Source: Saprolegnia diclina VS20 (taxonomy: Eukaryota). From it: DNA of 54,742 nucleotides. This document shows positions 22,343-35,404 of the stretch, piece after piece (positions within the stretch are counted from its first letter, which is position 1; each line of letters opens with the position of its first letter). The notes under the pieces are model-generated. The model was not told the DNA's origin, did not search any database, and saw only the letters and a list, made by a program, of their open reading frames with translations. A program made the position numbers and the translations under genes. The stretch covers positions 349,440 to 404,181 of the forward strand of contig NW_008246097.1 of the NCBI RefSeq assembly GCF_000281045.1. The letters run 5' to 3'.

Positions 22343-25300
22343 TCACGGCGCGTCGCCAATGTTGTCGTCGCTTGGCGTCGGCGCGGCGAGAACGTGGCGT
22401 AAAAAGTAGCAAATCGCAGGGTGCGGCTGGTTGATCCCACGGGCCGTGCAAAAGATGCGCTCCAAGGCACCGACGTCGTCGAGGGAGCACGTGATCGCAT
22501 GCAGCACAGCGTCGTCCCGACCCAGATTCGAACCCGCGTCGTCCGCAAGGCGTGTCGGAGGCTGCAGAAGCGACGTCATTTGAGCCAGCACCGCGTCCAA
22601 CGCAGCTTGCGGGTGCTCGATGTGGTCTTCCTTGTCCTGGAGCGCGTGGCGTAGCCGCGAAATGTCGGCCTTGAGCGCCCGCACGGCCGACCAGCTCACG
22701 TGACTCTACGGGATGCGGTTGAAACATTGATACTCCTCGCCTCGGCCAAACCTTGCGGCTCAAAAGCGGCGCGTCAGCGAAGCGCGAATCGTGGGCACTG
22801 GTTGCTGTGCCGAGCGCATAGTACATGTCGCCTGTCGTCGGCGACGTCTGCAGCCACTGCACGCACACGAGACCTCCGGGGATCTCGGGGTCGTCTTTTG
22901 GCACGGGCGGCAAGGATGATAGACAGAGCTTGGCGTACCCGCTGTGGTTGATCGCTAGAAAGTTATGCAGCGAGACGTGGGCGCGGTGGAGCTGGCCGCT
23001 GAGACTCGCGTCAAACACCACGTCGTGCTCGCGGCTGAACGAGACAAAGTAGGGCAAGACTAGGTACCCTAATTGCTCCATCGTCGGCGCGCTGCCATTC
23101 GTCGTTGAAGTCGACTTTGCACTGGCGAGGATCTCTTGCTGCAGAAAGGTCGGGAGCGTCCCGAGACCGGTGGCACTCGTCGCGTTGAGCTGACTCGAGT
23201 TCCACAAGCCAAAAAGCTGGTCCTGGAGCTTGCACGCGAGCTGGAGGTAGTGGAACGCGGCCTGCGTGTCGGCGTCCGAGCGCTTGCTGCCAAATACGAC
23301 GACGAGCTCCATGCACGCGTCGTACATGTGACTCCGCGGGTGCCCACCGTCCTTGATCCACAGCGTAAGCGCTTCGAGGAATGCGTCGGTGGCACCAGGG
23401 GCCGCCAGCCGACGGAGCACCGCGCCCTTGAAGTAGAGAAGGAGCGGCTTGAGGTAGCTCGGCGGGTGACACACATGCATGAGCGCCTCGAGACCGCTCT
23501 ACCAGCAACATCAGTGCCTGCTTTCAGAGGATTCATACCATAATGACGGGCAAGAGGTGCTCGAGCGCTACGTCGTCAGGGCACGCGCGGTAAAGGTCGA
23601 GCTGACGCGCCACGAAGTGGGCTTTGAGCACGACAAACATGGGCACACTCGGGTGGTAGAAGTTGAGCAGCCGCAAGCGGTGGGGCGTATACGCCAGCCC
23701 CATCCAGCCTACACGGACGCTACGAACGTGATACAATCGTCGAGCGCACCTTGGTGGGTCAAGAGCGCGTCGGTGGTCGCAATGGCCGCAGTGAGCACGG
23801 CGACGCTTCTGCGCAGTGCGTTTACGTGCTCGTCGACGCTGCTGCTCGACATGGCGTCCGTGCGGTGATGCACGCTGAGCATGATGCACACTTCGGCGTG
23901 CGTGAGGCTCGGCAGCGCGGCGTCGTTGTCTGCCACCCACGTCTCCGCGTCGGCAAGCGCGAGCGTCCGATCACCGCGCAGCAGCCGTGCTTGGATGCGC
24001 AGCGCGCGCAGCTGCAGAGCAAAGACGCGGTCGTTGGCCGTGGCTGCCTCGTCGAGCGCAATCTCTGCGAGTGCAATCGCGTCGTCGTAGTGACCTTGGG
24101 CGATGTCGCAGCGCATACTCAAGACGCGGCAGTCGAGCCAGTAGAGCACGTTGAGCTCGGACGACGCGCCGTCAAAGTATCGATCGTCGTCGCGCTCGAG
24201 CTTGGGCGTGGCGCTGTAGAGCTTCATGCCACGTACAAGCGCATTGCGAGCTACTTCGACGAACCCGTCTTGCAGGGCGATGGTCGCGAGGAGGATGTCG
24301 CACTCGCAGGCCACCTTCGTGATGTCGCAGAGGTGCAGCGGCTCCGTGTCGGGCACAGCGGGGACCACCGGCTCGGTGGGTTCGGGTCCCTTGCGCGCGC
24401 TCGCGGGAGCTTCTGTCGGCGCGGGCGCTTGCGACTTGAGGACACTTGCCTACTCATGCTTTCATTTCATGCATCACATGTTGGTCGTTGGTACCTGGAG
24501 GGCGGTGGTGGAGTTGTTGAGCGCTGCGCGCAAGGCCGTGCCTTGGGGAGACGCACCTTCGTGCGACGCGAGCGCCGCCATCCATCGAAGCAGCGTGAGC
24601 ACCACCAAGTGGGCAACGCGGCTGCTGCCAATGCGCGCTTGGAGCTCGCTCAGAAGCTTCTCAATACTGAGGTCGCAGAGCCAGCGAAAGACAGCGTCGT
24701 TGTCCGGGTCCCCAAGCCTCTTGGACGAAGCAAACACGACGTGTGGCTTGTGGCAAATGTCGCTCAAGAGACGGCAGGCGTCGCTCATGTAGCCTGCGCC
24801 GATGCACGCCTCGGCCTTCATGCGCTTGGCCTGGACAGCACCGCGGGCGTCGCGGAGGTACCTTGTACTCAAGACTTCCAGCGCGCACGCCACCGGGAAC
24901 ACCTCAATGTACTGTTTATGGGCGAGGAGCGTCTCGAGCAACGTGCTGCACGCAAGCACCAATGCCGCTGGGTGCGCGAGCTTGAGATGCAGCTCGGGCA
25001 GAAACGACAGCAGGTCGTTCGCCGTGTAAGATGCGAACGCGGCGGGGGTGCGCGCATCCGGGTGCGGGAGCGACCCTGTAAAGAACGTCGTGACGACCGC
25101 GCTACCGAGAAGCGCGCACTCGAGACGCGCGTGGAGGTCGTCGGTGCCGAGCGCCCACGCCAGCTTGCCGACGAGCTGCGTGCAGACGAGCGCAATGATG
25201 GCGCCGTCGCCGTTGAGGTCCATTCGAGTGCTGGCGAGGATCGTTCGCCAGTGCACGCGGGCATCCAGCGCCCCAAAAACGGCGTCGATCGCGTCCGTCC

Positions 25301-28300
25301 ACGCCTTGATCGCGCCGACAACATCGGCTTCGGCAAAGAGGTAGTCGCCTTGCTCCATGAGCGCCAGTGTGAGCTGCAGCGTGGCGCGCTTCTGGCGACA
25401 GAGGCCAATGCAAGCCTTGAAGGCGCCGAGGATCTCGCGTTTCGAGATGCTTTCGTCGAGGAGGACGTAGCGCTTGACGACGTTCTTCTGGGCGCGGTCC
25501 AGCGCCTGCAGACACATGCTTTTCGAGCGCGTGAGGAGGTCGAGCCACGCCTGGAGGCGCGTCCCATGGTCCTTTAGAAGCGTTTGAAACGACGTCAGGT
25601 CCCTCACGGTGGCTTCGTGCACGCTGCGCGCGTCCAGGAACGCGCGCTCTTCGTCGGAAATGACTTCGTGCACGACGAGGCGGCTGCGCTTCTTCTTCTT
25701 CTTCGCCTGGCTGTCCTCAAACGCCTTGACGAACGCCGCGAGGTCCGACGTCGCACGTTCAACGCGGGCGTCTTGGAGCGCAACGCGCTGCATTTGGGCG
25801 AAGACGACCCACGGAAGAAGGAGCTCGGACATGGCGCTTTGGCCGCCACTGAGCACGTGCGCTCGCTTCCCGAGGACGACGAGCTTTTGCCACTCGCGGC
25901 CATGACAGAGTACTTGGAGTGTAAAGAGTGTGACTTTGGTGAGCCAGCCGAGGTCGAGACCGGGCGTCGCATCGGCCGCCGCCGCCAGCTGCGACGACGT
26001 GGCGACGACCGGGCGCTCGTCGTCGACAGCGTCCATGGACCGACATAGTACGTCCACGTCGTTATGGAGAATGCCAAAGCTATGGAGTTCGAGGACGTCC
26101 CAGACCCGCATGCAGCACACAAAGAGCGGCTGCCAGTCGTAGCCGCTGGCGTGAAACTCGAGCGGCGAGACCCACGCGAGCCAGAGACCGTTCCACACGG
26201 CGCGCACTGCCTCGAGCAGATTCGGCCACGCCCGGCCATGGTAAAACAACTGCGTCGCGGTCGCCATCTCGAGAAGAAGGCGGTGGACACCGTCGTGCTT
26301 GAGTCGGTCGCCTGGGCTTTCGTACGCCGCCGGCAACGAGGCGGAGAGCGGCGTCAGGTACAGCCACGAGAGGTCGTGGTCGGGCCCTTGTAAATGGTTG
26401 AGCGTGGCGTCGTCGGCGTGCGACGACGTGACCTAGTCCGAACCATGAGTGCGTTCGTATCGAGCGCCGATCATTGAGGACATACGTGCAGGAGGCCCCG
26501 CAGGAAAAATACTTGGCCACTCCAGAGGTACACGTCGGTGTCGACCACGTCGGGTGGCAGCACATTTGGCTCGTCATGCGGCGTCGTCTCGACGGTCGTC
26601 GCCGTCGGATCGGCGCGCGCAGTGGCCAGCACGTCGGGCACGGGCGCTTGCGTCGGTGGCTCGGGCACGAGCTCGGCGGCGTGCAGCTGCTGGAGCGTGC
26701 GTTTGGCCTCGAACGAGATGAGGAGCTTGTACGACCACGCAGCACTTTGCAAGATCGCGTCGAGTCCCTTGTCGCCGCGGTCGACGCCGAGCCGCACGAC
26801 GCGGCAGACGTACGGAAGGTACTCTCGGTGGTGCACAAAGAACGTTCGCAGCTCGTTCGTGGCTTTGGCGACGTTGGCCAGACCCGGCAACGCCTCTTCG
26901 ATCGGCAGCTCGCCCTTGGTGTCAGTGTCGCGGGGCGTCGCTTTGCCCTTCGCTTTGTCGACGTCCGGCGCTGAAATCGTCGTCGTCGCGCTCAGCTCGA
27001 GCTGCGCCATCCACTCGCTGTCCAAGAAGATGGTGTCGCGGAGGCCGCAGGCTTGGGCGTTGGCCGACCGGAACGGTGCGTGCACGTGCATATTGAGGTG
27101 CTTGAGGCCATCGTCGTGAAGCTTCAGACACGCGTGCGCGGCCTGGAGCTCGTCCTTCTCGGTCGCAATGCGGAGGAGCTCAAAGCTTGCGCACATGTAC
27201 GTAGCGTACAGCGCGTCGTCCCAGTGCGTTTCCGGCACGAGCTGCAGGCTCTACACACAAAAACCCTCGGTTCGCTTCGAAATGAGCCGAACAACGTACT
27301 TCGAGAAGCATGCAGAGGGGCTGGAAGAGCGCACCGCCCGAGCTCGGCAAGTGCAAAAGCGGTACCATGAGTCGGTACAGCCGGTGGCTCACGCTCGCCA
27401 TGTACTCGTGGTGGCCCGTGAGCGCGGCGACCTCCAGCGCAAGCATACCCCGGTTGATGCTGCTGAGGACGTGGAGCTGATCGTCGATAACGACGCGGGT
27501 GCCATTCGGGCTACGAAGGCGGCCGTCGGTGGCCGGCTCACCGACTTCGGGTCCGATGAGGATATAGACGCAGCGCAAGAAGACGTGCAGCACTTGCATC
27601 GGGTACTCTGCGATCGCGCCCCGGGGTGCGCCGTCCAGCGGCCGCTCGAGCTTGAGCGCATGGGAGAAGAGCGGGCTGCAGCGCCATCGGTTCCGCACGG
27701 GCGCTTCGTCGACAAACTCGGCGTAGACGGCCTTGGCCGCTTGCACCGCGATGGGTCTACGAGCACCTTAGTCGGAATGCTAGTGACAATGCAACAAACA
27801 AGTGTCCGAGGTCTTGGGCGATATGGGCCAAGAGTCCATAGCACAGTGGCAGGAGAAGCGGATGCAACGTCACGACGGGACGCGACGTGGCGCCGATGCC
27901 TTCGATGACCGCATTCGAGCTGTCGTAGGCCGCGACGGCAAACACATAACTCTCGTTGGGCAAGAGCCCCGAGATCGTCACCTACAGGCAACCGGTTAGT
28001 AGTAAACGGTTGACGCCCCGATGGTTGTACGAGTGTCTGGCTGGGATCGACAACCGCGCCGGTGCCGGGAAACGCCATGTTGTTGAGCGAGACGTCGGTG
28101 CCGGCACCCGTCGCTTTGCCAAACACCATGAAGTATGCGACGTGCTTCTTGAGCGGTGCGAACGGGGCAAGCCGAAGCGACACAAAGGTGGCGCCCCGCG
28201 AGGCGAGGCGGGGCGCCGACGGCTTCATGTGCAAGGTTGGCATGGGCGCCTCGGGCTCGGGCGCATGGCGCACGTCCAGTTCGTCATGGCGGAGCGCGTG

Positions 28301-30512
28301 AAAGCAGCGAAGCGCGTCGGCCAAGCACGACTCTTGCTCGTCACGACCTAGATTGGACATCTTGGGCACTGAGAGAAGGAGGTCATCTGTACCTTTGGCG
28401 CGACGTCGTGCGGCTTGAAGCATGAGCAGCCCACGTCGGTAGTCGTTTCGATTGCACTCGGCCACGAGGCGCGCTTCGAGGTGCGCAAATGCCTTGCGCC
28501 CGCACGCGCGGAGAAGGTCGTCGTACTCGCATTCGTAGAGCAGCAGCGTCATGTCGGTTTCCAAACTCGCGAGCAACCGGTTCAAGCGCTGCATTTGAAA
28601 GAGCGCGCCGTCAGTGGTGGACGGAAGAAAGGCGGCGTCAAGGATCGACGCGCCGTACGCCGCGCCGTGGAGCACGTGGCGACCGTCTGGCGTCGACGCC
28701 ACTTCGTCATGGAGCTGCACGTCGACGCAGGCGCTCCGGGCGCGCGTGATACCGTCGAGGCCGACGCGAAGCACTTGGATACCGACACGGGTGTCGCCGA
28801 CGTCGGCGAGAAGGCGGCCGAGACGGAGCGCGACAACCGCCCGCCACACGACGTCGTCGAGTTCGATCGCGTGGGCGACCACGTGGAGGGCAAAGAGGAC
28901 GTCCTTTGTGAGCTCTTGGACCGTCACGGGGACGTCGGTGTCGGGCAGCCGGTCGTCGAGCGCTCGGAGGCACGGGACGATGCAGGAGTGCCACAGCGCG
29001 AAGACCATCTCGGCGAGCACGTCATGGCGCAGTGCGCACAGCGCGTCGTTGCGCGCGGCGGCGTGCAAGACGACCACGAGGCGCGTGAGGAGCTCCCCGT
29101 TCAATTGTGTCACCGACATTTCGTCCGGTGCGGTTTGCATGAGCGATACAAAGGCATGGAAGAGGCCGACCTCGTCCGTGGCGACACCGGGCGAGAGCCG
29201 GGGGAGGAGACTACTGTAGACGTCGGCAAACGTGTCCCAGTGTTTGTAGCGCACACTGAGCTTGAGCAAGTCAATGTGCTCGTTAAGCGCCAGCGTGACG
29301 GCGAGGCCCTTGAGGCCTTGCAGCATCGTCTCGACGTCGGTTGGCGCAAGAACGACGGGCGGTGGCGGCTCGGTGGGCTTGATCCACTGGCCAAAACCGA
29401 CCCAAGACGACGGCAACGAGAGCGAGAGGATCTGGAGCATCGCCCGCGCGCGAGCGATGGGGTCTGAGAACGCGCTCTCGACATCGGCTTTGGCGACGCT
29501 GACCAGAAGCTGCGGCGCACTCGGCGCCTTAGTGCACCGTAGAATCGGAAACTTGGCGATTTGGAGGTCGCGTTCGGCTGCCTTCAATGCAGCGTCGGTC
29601 GCCTCGGGCAGCGGCAAGTCGAGCTCTTCTTCTTGCCGGAGCCGGTGTACGCGCTTGAGCCCGAGGTCCAGTGCGGCGAGGGCCGACTTCCAGAGCGCGT
29701 CGCGCTTGCTCGGGTGTTTGAGCGCGAGGGCTACACAAACCGCTATCGCATATATGGTCAATAGTGTCTGTACCGTTGTAGCCCGTCGCAATCGCAATGT
29801 AAATGTACGTGCGCCATGCGAGAAAGCGCACCGTTCCCAGCGGAATGAGGCTGTCGAGGGCGAGGCTGCAGTACTTGAGGTACGGCAACACGTCCGCATC
29901 AAAGCCAAGCGTTTGCAGTGGCGCGCAGACGCTCACGATGTGGATTGTGCCGTTGAGTACATGGCCAATGCACGTAGCGTGCGTCGCTTTGTCCGCGACC
30001 ACGTCGCGATGGACGGCGAGCGCGAGCGCGGCAGCGAGCGCATGCTGGAGCGACCCGAGCGCATCACATTGCCGTCGGAGCGTCGACGGGCACTTGACAC
30101 GCGGGTCGCGTTGGTTGAGCTGGCGCACGGCGCAGAGTGCTGAAACATATGTGGCACGCACGTATAGCTGCTGGTCTGACAAGGTCGGCGCCGTCTTGGT
30201 GCCGTAGAGGCTGTTGGCGCGTTGATACAGAAGAGTCGCGACCGTGTACTCTTGCAGAGCAAAGAACATATCGCCAAAGCTCACGAAAAGCTCCACGACG
30301 AGCGTGAGCGAGAGCTGCGCCTGCATCTCGTGCAAAAGACGTTGGAGTTTGTGCCCGAGGCTACCGTAGTAGCCCACCTCGGGGCAAGCGTCGTCATCGC
30401 CCAAGTCGACAAACTTGCGGCCCTTTGTCTCCTTGATTGTCGAGAGAATCTGCTGCACGTCGTGCGTAAAGTTGGCGGCCAAGACGCTCTCGTCCACCTC
30501 GTCCTTGCCCAT
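22343..30512 (-). CDS. CFAP54: Cilia- and flagella-associated protein 54 (central pair C1d); multi-exon
   Basis: N-terminal block VLNGTIHIVSVCAPLQTLGF..VLPYL..L..VRFLAWR..Y; FN3-like insert PSAPRLASR..VAYFMVFGK..VSLNN..PGTG..ISGLLPNESYVFAVAAYDS..GIGATSRPV; about 8 kb of helical/TPR-like sequence. Start MGKDEVDES. Confidence 0.88.
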
Positions 30513-30533
30513 GTTGCACTTTTGTCGAAACAC

Positions 30534-30562
30534 TGGCAACGTTTCCAAAGATACCGTTGCCA
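30534..30562. promoter_or_regulatory. 8-bp inverted repeat (TGGCAACG..CGTTGCCA) around an X-box-like GTTTCCAAAGATAC in the CFAP54/GBP divergent spacer
   Basis: The sequence is seen directly, 22-50 nt upstream of the CFAP54 ATG; its function is inferred. Confidence 0.35.
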
Positions 30563-30682
30563 AGTGCGCGCGTTTCCAGTTCACATTGCACCTTCCGACG
30601 TGCGTGTCTCTTGTGCAACGAGGGAGTTGCCTCCTTCCGTATCCGGTTGACGTCGACGGTGTATCTTGCTCGACGCTCGACG

Positions 30683-33377
30683 ATGCAGCCCGTGTGCTTG
30701 ATCCGCCAAGGCGCGGAAGGCCTCGAGATCGTGCCCGAGGGCGAAGCGTAGGCCACTACACAACACTGGCTATCGCATGACGCGCTCTGCGTAGGCTGCT
30801 GCAGTCGCTGCAGCTGGAGCCGCTCGCGGTTGTGTGCCTTGCTGGCCAATACCGGTACGCCCGCCGCCCGTCGCCGCCGCTCACGCATGGCTAGCACGGG
30901 CAAGAGCTTCTTCTTGAACCAAATGCGCCAAACGAGCGAGATGGCCGGGTTCGTCGTGGGCCCTACGACCGAGTCGTGCACGCGTGGCATCTGGATCTGG
31001 GACGCCAACGTCCGCAACAGTCGCGGCGAGAAGGTACTTCTCATGGACACGGAGGGCATTGCGTCGACCGACAATGACGAGTCGTACGACGCCAAGATTT
31101 TCTCGCTCGGACTCCTCTTGAGCTCTGTCTTTGTCTTCAACACCATGGGTGTCATTGACGAAGGCGCGATTGACCGGTGCGTCGCCGCCTCCTCCTTGCA
31201 CGCGCATCGTACCTTGTCTCTAGCCTCTTCCTCGTCTCGGAGCTCACCAAGCACGTGTGCATCTCGCACAATCCGACCAATGACGCCTCCAAGATGCTCC
31301 ACGACACTGACGATGATTTTGGCCCGTCCGAAGCCGAACTCGCCAAGCACTTTCCTCCGTTTGTTTGGCTCTTGCGCGACTTCCTTCTCGACATGCAAGA
31401 GAACGGCGTCGCGCTCTCGCCCAAGACGTACCTCGAAAGGTCCCTCGAGCCGCGGGACGGCGCGTCGCGCCGCACGGACGAGCGCAACCGCATCCGCGCT
31501 TCGATCCGAACCCTCTTTGCGCAGCGCGAGTGGTGCGTCGTTGGCTTCATCTCCATTCTTACAGTGCAGTACGGTGTAGCATGACACTGGTGCGGCCGGC
31601 GACGAACGAAGACCAGCTCCGGCACGCGAGTACGCTCACGAACGCCGACCTCCGGCCCGAGTTTGTCTCGCAAATGGCGGCCATCCGAGCGCGGCTCTTG
31701 GCGCTCGCGTCGCCCAAACGACTTTGTGGCCAAGCGGTGGACGGGCCGCAGCTGTGCCACCTCGTACGTGCCTACATCACCACGATGAACTCGGGTGCCG
31801 TGCCCGACATCAAGGCGGCATGGGAGTATGTGAGCGACGCGACGTGCGAGACGGCCATGCAGCGCGCGCTCGACGAGTACCACTGCGTCATGGCCAGTAC
31901 ACTGGGCGACAGCTTGCGTCAAGAACACTTCGAGTCGACGTTCAAGTTGGCCCAGGAGAAGGCGCTCTCTGTCTACAAGCGTATCTCGGTCGATGGCGAC
32001 GCCCGCAAGCGATGCTTTCAGAGCCTCAAGACAGCAATCACGGCCGACCGCACGGCGCAAATCGCGTCGCTGCAGGCAAAATCCCGAGCGCTCTGCGATG
32101 GCGTCCTGGCCTCTGCCGCCGCCACCCTGCTCGACGCCGATGCAGGAGATGCCACGACGACGTGGCGGTCCCGGTTAGCACCACTCTTGGCGGCGTACGA
32201 TGACCAGGCCGACGGCGCCGCCAAGAACAAGGCGCTGCTGGCCTTTCTCAAAGACGGTGTCTGGTCATTTGTCGATGCTGCGGCCGTGCGGCACGACGCT
32301 GCCCACGCCGCCACGCTGCAGGCGACGATCGCCGCCGCCGAGAGCCGTGAGCGCGTACGATGACCCTGCAGACCTCGTCCTGAGATGGAAATAGGCGCTC
32401 GAGGCGACCCAGCGACAGCTCGAGACGCAGGTGCACACGCTGGAGCTTGACAACGTGCGCGCGACCAGCGCCGCCGCCAACGTGCAAGACAAGCTCGAGG
32501 CATCGACCGCGAGCAATGTGGAACTGCGCAGCGCGCTCGAGGCGACGCAGACGCAGGTCGAAGCGCTGTCGGCCAAAGAAGCGGCGCTCCGCGTCGAGCT
32601 GGATGCGCTGCAGCAGACGCACACGGCAGTGAGCGTCGAGCTGGCGCAGCTGGGCGCGCAGTTGGCGCAGACCACGTCGGCACTTGACCAAGGTAGGCTC
32701 GTCAACACACCGCACAGTTGAGATTGCTGCTGTCTAGTGCAAGCCGACCGCGACAGCATCCGAGAGGCCTTGAGCCAAGAGCTGAGCGACGAGCGCAAGG
32801 GCCGCACAAGTGAGCGTGAGGCGGCGATAGCCGAGATGGCCAAGCAGGCCGGCGAGCTGCACACGGCCCAGCGGGCGCTCAAGAACGCGGCGACCGAGCA
32901 CGAGTCGCTCTCGCGGGACCTCTCGGTGCTACAGAAGGAGAAGGACATGCTACGGCACAAGGTCGACCTCGTGACGTCCGCGCTAGCAACCGCGGAAGCG
33001 ACGCTGACCGCCACGACCGCCGAACACGCTGACGCGGCGACAATGTTGCAGCGGTACCAGAGGCGCGTCGAGCGGCTCGAGACGCAACTGGGCGACCTGG
33101 CCACCAACGGCCAGGTCGCGCTCGCGCTCGAGCAGGTGGTGTGGACGGTCGCCAAGCAGGCCGACATTGACAAGGTGTGCAACGATGAGGAGAGTGACGC
33201 TGAGGATGCGCGTAGGCGGTGCAAGTGGTGGCCGAAGAGAAGGCGGCGCTCGTCGAGCGACTGGGCGACCTGCACCTCAAGATCTCGTCGCTGCCCGACT
33301 TTTACCAGCGCCAAGTGTTTTGCGCGGCCGAGCCTGCGCCCGACTTCTTTGAGGCGCTCACGTCCTTTCTCTCGTAA
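30683..33377 (+). CDS. Guanylate-binding protein (GBP/atlastin-type large GTPase) with a long C-terminal coiled coil; multi-exon
   Basis: P-loop GQYR|TGKSFFLN (split by intron 30855-30894), GPTTESCTRGIWIW, LLMDTEG, FPPFVWLLRDF, YITTMNSGAVPDI; ends DFFEALTSFLS*. Confidence 0.93.
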
Positions 33378-33463
33378 GCGATGGAAGAAGACACGTTCTT
33401 GATGTAGTCGCACGCTGTATTGGGGTTGCGGGTATATAGAAAGCTGCTGGATACCATATTGGC

Positions 33464-34177
33464 TTAGCGCCGGTCGCGCGAACGGCTGCGACGGCGGTCG
33501 TCCGACGCGCCGTAGCCACGATCGCGGTCCGACGTCGAGCCGTAGCCGCGATCACGGTCCGAGGACGAGACACCATAGCCACGATCACGGTCAGACGACG
33601 AGACGCCGTAGCCGCGATCACGGTCCGACGTCGAGCCATAGCCACGGCTGCGGTCGGACCCACGGTCACGCGAGTCGCGGCGGCTGGAGCCACGTTCACG
33701 GCTCCGTCTGTCCCGGCGGTCGCGCGAGTCGTGGCGGCTGCTGCGTTCCTGGCTGCGGCGGCGGTCATCGTGGCGGCTCGAGCGCGAGGATTCGTACCGG
33801 TCCGACCGCGACTCGTCGCGCCGCCGATCCAAACGCTCGGACGGCGCGTGGCGGCTCTCATCGCCACGCGAGTGGTTGCTGCGCTCGTCAGTGTGCTCGG
33901 GCTTGGATGCGCTGCGCTCGTCGCGTGCATCGCGTGCATCACGGGCATCACGGGCATCACGGGCATCACGCGACGAGGTGTGCCCATGGTCGCGAGCAGT
34001 ATCCCGCGACGAGGTGTGCCCATGGTCGCGGCCACGGCGGCTGTCGGCGTCGTCGAACTGGCCCTTGACGGCTTCGACAGGCTTGATCGCAGCAGCGGCC
34101 GCAGCAGCAACGCTGCTGGTCGGGTTGGTCATCCATGCAGGGAGCGTCGCCGCCTTGCCTCGTCCACGTCCGGCCAT
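33464..34177 (-). CDS. Low-complexity RS/RD-rich protein (possibly nuclear speckle or splicing associated)
   Basis: Intronless ORF starting MAGRGRGKAATLPAWMT, followed by DAR, RDHGHTSS and SDRDRGYG repeats; ends RRRSRSRDRR. Confidence 0.75.
   Translation of the reverse strand: MAGRGRGKAATLPAWMTNPTSSVAAAAAAAIKPVEAVKGQFDDADSRRGRDHGHTSSRDTARDHGHTSSRDARDARDARDARDARDERSASKPEHTDERSNHSRGDESRHAPSERLDRRRDESRSDRYESSRSSRHDDRRRSQERSSRHDSRDRRDRRSRERGSSRRDSRDRGSDRSRGYGSTSDRDRGYGVSSSDRDRGYGVSSSDRDRGYGSTSDRDRGYGASDDRRRSRSRDRR
33498..33650 (-). repeat. 30-bp coding tandem repeat encoding (S/T)SDRDRGYG(S/V/A), about 4.5 copies
   Basis: Repeated ccgtagccgcgatcacggtccga-like units on the + strand. Confidence 0.85.
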
Positions 34178-34633
34178 CTTCACCACAAAACTCAAACTCC
34201 CTTGGACCTGTCCTTCAAACTAGGTTTAACCTTCTACCACATGGCGTTAAACGTCAAATCGTTGGGAACGCGTTAAACTACAGAAGCAACTCAATCAAAG
34301 TGGCCGAGGACACTGGATCAAGGTGTAGCCTCTCAAGTTTCATCGTGCGCGCATCCTTCTCTCGACGCAAGCTGAGCGCTCACGATAAACGCAGCCTGTT
34401 TAGCCTGTACCTTGGCTACCTCGCTCCCACGTCTAGAGTAGCACAAACTGCCTCGTTGAGCTCTATTCCCAAGTACATGTAGGTGCGACCATAGAGGACT
34501 CCCGAGCGCATACCAGTACAACTGCTGAAGAAAGCGGTTCACCACGCCCCGCAACAGCGTACAAGCAACACCTCAGCGACCCCTTCACCACGTGGCATGG
34601 TGTTTAAACACGTTAAACCTCTGCCGCCGCGCC

Positions 34634-34669
34634 GATTGGTCGGCTCAACTATCCCACCGAGAGCCAATC
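34634..34669. promoter_or_regulatory. Inverted pair of CCAAT boxes upstream of EIF1AD in a divergent promoter
   Basis: GATTGG at 34634 and CCAATC at 34664; CCAAT is a known oomycete promoter element. Confidence 0.5.
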
Positions 34670-34754
34670 ATATTAAAGCGGCAGAGTGCAAGTGTCGAGA
34701 TCGTACGCAGCCGCCTGTCTACCTCCGAGCTCATCGACGTGCTAAACGTAGACA

Positions 34755-35404
34755 ATGAGTGGAGCTGGCCGCAAGAGTGGGTACCGCAAGGGCGTGACCC
34801 AGGACGTCCTTTACGGCGAGCCCGAGCCGGTGGCCGGCGAGTTAATCGTGCAGGTCAAGTCGCTTCGTGGTGGCAACCTCTTCGAGGTATTCGTACCTGG
34901 CAGGCGCTGCGATGGCCTCTGAGCTGTGCGTAGGTCGAGACACCGACGGGCGACAAAGGCCTCGCGATGTTGCCGACCAAGTACCGCAAGCTCATCTGGA
35001 TCCGCCGAGGCGACTTTCTCATTGTCTCGGGCGCGGACGACGCCAAGAAGGGCGCCGTCAACTTTTCGGTCGAGCACATTTTGTACAAGGACCAGATCAA
35101 GAACCTCAAGGCCAAGGACCTCTGGCCCGATGTCTTTGTCGAAGACGAGACCAAGCGCGAGTACGACGAGTCGCTGAGCGCGCTCGCCGACAAGGTCGCC
35201 GACGTCTCGCAGGGCAACGGCAAGGTCGACAAGTTTGGCAACACGATCGAAGGCGCAATGGGCGACGAGAGCGACGAGGACGACGACGACTCGGAGAGCG
35301 ACGACGACCACCCGGACGACCTCATGTTTGTGAACCGCAACCGCATGGGCGGGCACTACGCGCACGTCGAAGACAGTGACGAGAGCAGCAGCGACGAGGA
35401 GTAG
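34755..35404 (+). CDS. EIF1AD: eIF1A domain-containing protein (S1/OB fold) with an acidic tail; one intron
   Basis: MSGAGRKSGYRK..IVQVKSLRGGNLFE|VETPTGDKGLAMLPTKYRKLIWIRRGDFLIV..HILYKDQIKNLKAKDLWP; ends DLMFVNRNR..SDESSSDEE. Confidence 0.9.
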
